The notes under the pieces: generated by a model
What the model was told of the DNA's origin: nothing
Database searches by the model: none
What the model saw: only the letters and a program-made list of their open reading frames with translations
Source of the DNA: Spirochaetia bacterium
Lineage (GTDB): Bacteria > Spirochaetota > Spirochaetia > DSM-16054 > Sediminispirochaetaceae
Length of the DNA: 64,000 nucleotides
Assembly (NCBI GenBank): GCA_034520965.1
Contig: JAXHMY010000008.1
Span: 64,001 to 128,000 of the forward strand
Reading direction: 5' to 3'
Program-made: the position numbers and the translations under genes
Part shown: positions 59,597 to 64,000 of the stretch, piece after piece
Numbering within the stretch: the first letter of the stretch is position 1
Layout of the letters: each line of letters begins with the position of its first letter

Positions 59597-61624
59597 GTGA
59601 CGTCTGAAGAGTCAAACGCAGCAGCACCGGATGAGTTTCTTCAGGTGGTGTTCAACATACCCGTGGAAGGCCCTTTTACCTATCGCCGGCCCGAACCAAA
59701 AGAGAAAACGGGTACTAAAAAATCGCGAAAAGAACCCGCTCTGGTACGAAGGGGAATGCGGGTAGAGGCACCCTTTCGGGGGCGCCTGATGACCGGTTTT
59801 GTTGTGGATACTTCTACAGAGCGCCCCGAGGGAGATTTCAAAATACTGCCGGTAAAGCGAGCCCTTGATACGGAGGTTCTGTTCGGAGACACTCAAATTG
59901 ACTTAGCCCGGTGGATCTCCCGCATGTATTTCTGCTCCCTGGGAGAGTCTCTTTCGGTTATAATTCCCGGAGGCAAACGGGAGAGCAGTGCCGAGTTTAT
60001 CCCCGCCGAAGAAGATTCCTTTCATATACCCGCACAGCTCTCCCCAGCCCAGGAGCAGGCCTTGGAACGGATTGCGGCGGGAACAGAGCGGATGTATTAC
60101 CTGTACGGGGTCACCGGGTCCGGTAAAACCGAGGTTTTTTTACAGCTTGCCAAACATACTATTGAGGCCGGCGGAGCTGTCATTTATTTGGTGCCGGAAA
60201 TTGCCCTTACTCACCAGCTTATTCAACAGGTGCAGTCGCGCTTTGAAGGTGCCGCCGCGGTCTGGCATTCAAAGCTTACCCCCTCGCAAAAACTGAAAGA
60301 GTGGCGCCGCATGCAGGCGGGGGAAGTACGTTTTGTGATAGGTGCGAGGAGCGCAGTGTTCAGTCCGATGGATAACATAGGATTGATAATCGTAGATGAG
60401 GAGCACGAGAGCTCTTATAAATCGGGCCAAACTCCCCGCTACCACGCACGGCAGGTGGCCATGAAGCGCTGCATACTCGCAGAGGCAAAGCTGGTGATGG
60501 GCAGTGCAACTCCAAGCCTGGAAGCTTATGAGCTTATGAACCGCGGCCAAATAGTTAAACTGGAGTTGCCCGACAGAGTATCCGGGGGACAGATGCCGGT
60601 GGTCGAGTCAGTTTCGATGCAGGGGCAGAAGCGGGCTATCTCCGACCGCTTAACCGAGGAAATTCACAAGACCGCCGCGATGGGAAAGCAGACTATCCTG
60701 TTTCTCAACCGTCGCGGATTCAGTTACTTTTTTCACTGCCGGAGCTGCGGATACGAGATGAAATGCAGTCACTGTTCGGTGAATCTTACCTATCATAAGG
60801 GCAAGCACAGAATGATCTGCCACTATTGCGGCTACAGCCGCAGGCCGGTGGATGTGTGTCCGGAGTGCGGCTCGCTGGATATAGGATACTCGGGTTTTGG
60901 AACGGAAAAAATCGAGGAAGACATCCGCCAGTTGTTCCCGCAGCTGAGGATTGCCCGGGTTGATACCGATTCAACCCGTAAGAAGGGGAGTCTGCAGGCA
61001 ATTTTAAAAGATTTTAAGGCCGGTGAATACGATCTGCTTTTAGGGACCCAGATGGTTGCGAAGGGACTGAACTTTCCTAAAGTGCGGCTGGTTGGAATTG
61101 TACTGGCCGATAGTGCACTGAATCTTCCCGATTTTCGCGCCGGTGAACGGACTTTTAACTTAATAGTACAGGTCTCCGGCAGGGCCGGCAGGTTTATGGA
61201 AGAGGGGAAGGTGCTGGTTCAAACCTATAAGCCCCAGGTCTCGGCCATTAAAAAGGCGGTTGAACATGATGTTGCCCGCTTCTACGAGGAGGAGCTTGAA
61301 ATCCGCCGTCAGCTGATGTTTCCACCCTTCTACCGACTGTTTCGGATAGTGGTGAGGGGGCGTGATAAGGGCCGTGTACTTTCGGTAATTGAACATATCG
61401 AAGCTCAATTAGCACCGGTGGAACAGGTAGATTCCACCACCGAAGTGCTGGGCCCCTCTCCCTGCCCAATTGAAGTAATTGCCGGAAACCATCGTGAGCA
61501 ACTGCTTATTCGCAGCCAAAATTTTGCAAAAGTCCACTCTTTCCTCTACCAGTGGCATCTCAGCTTTGAAAGGCCGAGGGCTGTCCATGTCGAAATTGAT
61601 GTAGACCCGGTGAGCCTGCTATAA
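59597..61624 (+). CDS. priA: Primosomal protein N' (replication restart helicase)
   Basis: GVTGSGKTEV, DEEHE, LNRRG, four CxxC pairs, GTQMVAKG, QVSGRAGR. Confidence 0.97.
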   Translation: MTSEESNAAAPDEFLQVVFNIPVEGPFTYRRPEPKEKTGTKKSRKEPALVRRGMRVEAPFRGRLMTGFVVDTSTERPEGDFKILPVKRALDTEVLFGDTQIDLARWISRMYFCSLGESLSVIIPGGKRESSAEFIPAEEDSFHIPAQLSPAQEQALERIAAGTERMYYLYGVTGSGKTEVFLQLAKHTIEAGGAVIYLVPEIALTHQLIQQVQSRFEGAAAVWHSKLTPSQKLKEWRRMQAGEVRFVIGARSAVFSPMDNIGLIIVDEEHESSYKSGQTPRYHARQVAMKRCILAEAKLVMGSATPSLEAYELMNRGQIVKLELPDRVSGGQMPVVESVSMQGQKRAISDRLTEEIHKTAAMGKQTILFLNRRGFSYFFHCRSCGYEMKCSHCSVNLTYHKGKHRMICHYCGYSRRPVDVCPECGSLDIGYSGFGTEKIEEDIRQLFPQLRIARVDTDSTRKKGSLQAILKDFKAGEYDLLLGTQMVAKGLNFPKVRLVGIVLADSALNLPDFRAGERTFNLIVQVSGRAGRFMEEGKVLVQTYKPQVSAIKKAVEHDVARFYEEELEIRRQLMFPPFYRLFRIVVRGRDKGRVLSVIEHIEAQLAPVEQVDSTTEVLGPSPCPIEVIAGNHREQLLIRSQNFAKVHSFLYQWHLSFERPRAVHVEIDVDPVSLL

Positions 61625-61631
61625 GTGAACC

Positions 61632-61773
61632 CAGCAATTCGCAATTTGAAATTTTTTGGAAAAATTTCAAATTGCGAATGCTTACATTTTGTTTAAGATA
61701 AGTAGTTTATCTTAAAGATGTTGTGGGTATTCTCATTTTGGAAGTCTTATGACTTCCAAAATGAGAATTCCTG
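61632..61773. mobile_element. 142-bp non-autonomous (MITE-like) insertion made of three hairpins
   Basis: 9-bp direct repeats AAGTGAACC (61623-31, 61774-82); imperfect 22-bp terminal inverted repeats (17/22); perfect stems of 20, 10 and 18 bp. Confidence 0.7.
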
Positions 61774-61790
61774 AAGTGAACCGGCTATAA

Positions 61791-61819
61791 TTGACGGCAA
61801 GGGTTCTTTTTAGTACTAT
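61791..61819 (+). promoter_or_regulatory. sigma70 promoter of def-fmt, likely leaderless
   Basis: TTGACG-17-TACTAT, 6 nt before ATG 61826, no SD. Confidence 0.65.
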
Positions 61820-61825
61820 TAAACC

Positions 61826-62314
61826 ATGTTAGATATAGTAACTCTAGGCGATGATGTTCTAAGGGAACAGGTCGATGAAATAAAAGATGTAGACGGTGAA
61901 ATTGCCGACTTAGCGCAAAATATGATATCAGCGATGTACCACGGCGACGGTGTGGGCTTAGCCGCACCACAGGTAGGATTGCTGAAGAGCATGTTCGTAT
62001 GTCACGTAAACGGTGATCAGCCGCGGGTGTTCATAAATCCCCAGATTATCGGGACCAGTCAAGAACTTTTTCCGTATGAGGAAGGTTGTCTGAGTATTCC
62101 CGGAATGTACGGCGATGTAATTCGCCCGGCTATGGTCACTGTACAAGCCGTCAACGAGCAGGGCAAACCCTTTAAACTGGATGCAGAGGGCCTGTTGGCC
62201 AGAGTAGTTCAACATGAAATTGACCACCTAAAGGGTGTTCTGTTTATTGACCATCTAGACGAAAAGCAGCGTGAGCGCTTGCTCAAAGCGTATAGCAAGA
62301 AAATGCGGAAATAG
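61826..62314 (+). CDS. def: Peptide deformylase
   Basis: GVGLAAPQVG, EGCLSIP, QHEIDHLKG. Confidence 0.97.
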   Translation: MLDIVTLGDDVLREQVDEIKDVDGEIADLAQNMISAMYHGDGVGLAAPQVGLLKSMFVCHVNGDQPRVFINPQIIGTSQELFPYEEGCLSIPGMYGDVIRPAMVTVQAVNEQGKPFKLDAEGLLARVVQHEIDHLKGVLFIDHLDEKQRERLLKAYSKKMRK

Positions 62315-62321
62315 CCGGAAC

Positions 62322-63275
62322 ATGCGTATCCTCTTCGCCGGTACCCCGGAAATTGCGGTGCCCTCGCTGAAAGCCGTTGCGGCACAGCATACTGTCGTTG
62401 GAGTACTTACCAATCCTGATCGGGCCCGCGGTCGCGGCCGTACACCTGAACCACCCCCGGTTAAACAGGCAGCCGGGGAGCTTGGGCTTCCGGTCTTTCA
62501 ACCGCCTGTGCTCAAAAGTGAGGCCCGGCAGCTCCTCTCACCATTAATGGCCGATATATTAGTAGTATTTGCCTACGGGCGTATATTCGGTCCCAAGTTT
62601 TTAGGCCTTTTCCCCAAGGGCGGGGTGAACGTGCACCCCTCGCTGCTTCCGCGTTACCGGGGGAGCATCCCGATTATTGCGCCGATTATAAACGGCGATC
62701 CTGAAACAGGGGTGACGGTACAGAAAATCGCCCTTGAGATGGACACCGGGGATATTTTAGCTCAGAAGCGCTTCGCTCTGGACTCAACTATTACGGCGGA
62801 TCAGCTAACTGTGTATGCGGCGGATACCGGTGCCGAATTACTTCTCTCCGCCCTGTCCGATCTGGAAGCAGGAACTGCAGCTCCGATGGCTCAGGATCCT
62901 TTGTATGCCACTTATTGTCGTAAACTCAATAAAGGCGATGGTAAAATAAACTGGCAGCTTCCGAATTACATGATCGAGCGCATGGTACGCGGGTTTTTCC
63001 CCTGGCCTAAGGCTTTTACGGAGTGGAATGGCAAGCGTCTTACCGTGTTAGAGGCATCGTTGTCCTCGGAGTTGTCCTCGGAAACGACAAAGGGCAAGGC
63101 GGGTACGGTGCGTGGTATAGACAGGGAAAATAGAATTCTGGTACAAACAGGAAGGGGCGTATTGGCTATCCGCAGACTACAACTGCAGGGCAAGCAGCCC
63201 CTTGAGTCGCAGGCTTTTGTAAACGGGAATAAAGAGATAATCGGATCGCAGCTTGGAGATAATCTTTGGAGATAA
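62322..63275 (+). CDS. fmt: Methionyl-tRNA formyltransferase
   Basis: FAGTP, NVHPSLLPRYRG..PI, MDTGDI, KINW, PWP.A. Confidence 0.95.
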   Translation: MRILFAGTPEIAVPSLKAVAAQHTVVGVLTNPDRARGRGRTPEPPPVKQAAGELGLPVFQPPVLKSEARQLLSPLMADILVVFAYGRIFGPKFLGLFPKGGVNVHPSLLPRYRGSIPIIAPIINGDPETGVTVQKIALEMDTGDILAQKRFALDSTITADQLTVYAADTGAELLLSALSDLEAGTAAPMAQDPLYATYCRKLNKGDGKINWQLPNYMIERMVRGFFPWPKAFTEWNGKRLTVLEASLSSELSSETTKGKAGTVRGIDRENRILVQTGRGVLAIRRLQLQGKQPLESQAFVNGNKEIIGSQLGDNLWR

Positions 63276-63278
63276 TCA

Positions 63279-64000
63279 ATGAACCATGAAACGGATAATA
63301 TGAATAACAATCAGAACCACGGTGCCGGTGGGTTTTTTAAGAAAAAGGGTTTTCCTAGAAAACCGCAGAGTCAGGAGAGTCGTTTTTTTCGAATGATCCT
63401 CTACTTTTCTTTAGGTACCATAGGAGCAGCCCTTTTAATTGGTATTGTAACTTTCATGATTACCCTTGAGGGAAACGAGGAGACCAAGGTCCCGGACCTG
63501 CGGGGTATGGAACTGGCCAATGCAATTATTGAACTCCAAGATAAAGCCTTATACGGTACTGTACAGTTACGATACTCAAATAAGCTTTCCGACAAGGGGA
63601 CGGTGCTCGGACAGGATCCGATACCGGGGGCGGTAGTGAAAGCGAAAAGCGAAGTGCTCCTGCGGGTGAGCAAGGGTGCAGCTGTAGAGAAGCTGGATAA
63701 TTTTGTGGGCTGGAATGTGAGCGAGCTGGAGACCCACTTAAAGAGTCTCGAATCGGTCTACGGGCCGCTGCTCAAGCTGCAGAAACCCTATATCCGTGTA
63801 TATGATGAGTCCCCCTCAGGTACTATTTTAGAGCAAAAGCCGTCTCCCGGAACTGAGTTGACCGTACTAACCGAGCTTGAGCTGGTGGTAAGCCGCGGTC
63901 CGGAAGGTCAAAGTACTGAAGTGAAAGACTATATTGATATGGAATGGCGCAGAGCTCTGGCCGAGATAGTCTCAGCCGGTTATCCCTTTATTTTTACAAT
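63279..64000 (+). CDS. PASTA-domain membrane protein (3'-truncated by the window)
   Basis: Manual translation from ATG 63279: TM segment then VPDLRG...KGTVLGQDP.PG..VK....V.LRVSKG and a second PASTA-like repeat. Confidence 0.85.
   Translation, partial: MNHETDNMNNNQNHGAGGFFKKKGFPRKPQSQESRFFRMILYFSLGTIGAALLIGIVTFMITLEGNEETKVPDLRGMELANAIIELQDKALYGTVQLRYSNKLSDKGTVLGQDPIPGAVVKAKSEVLLRVSKGAAVEKLDNFVGWNVSELETHLKSLESVYGPLLKLQKPYIRVYDESPSGTILEQKPSPGTELTVLTELELVVSRGPEGQSTEVKDYIDMEWRRALAEIVSAGYPFIFT

Noticed and set aside
61623..61782. CRISPR array
   Set aside because: The hairpins are not identical repeats separated by unique spacers, and no cas genes are present.

Overview
Gene-dense bacterial chromosomal segment, very probably from a free-living anaerobic spirochaete. 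This is inferred from the cdaA-cdaR-acpS-DUF2225-truA-UDG-priA and def-fmt-PASTA gene orders and from the LPP20-like lipoproteins. It is mostly housekeeping: lysine synthesis (dapA, dapL, lysA), a SUF operon lacking sufS, glnS, ettA, galE, rpiB, HPr, NfnAB, cls, and a branched-chain amino acid operon ilvB-ilvN-ilvC-cimA-leuA-leuC-leuD-leuB. No rRNA, tRNA, CRISPR array, phage gene or transposase was seen. Main observations: (1) a ~470-bp leader upstream of ilvB with a promoter, a 67-codon Ile/Leu-rich uORF using CTA Leu codons, and mutually exclusive helices, the last of which sequesters the ilvB Shine-Dalgarno instead of forming a terminator, making it a candidate leader-peptide translational attenuator; (2) a 142-bp three-hairpin MITE-like insertion with terminal inverted repeats and a 9-bp target duplication between priA and def; (3) a candidate amino-acid-sensing ACT-domain regulator divergent from dapA with overlapping promoters; (4) four apparently leaderless genes with identical promoter geometry. 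Several frameshifts (pmm, ilvN, ilvC, cimA, others) look more like consensus errors than real pseudogenes. All calls come from motif recognition by eye; no database searches or folding programs were run.
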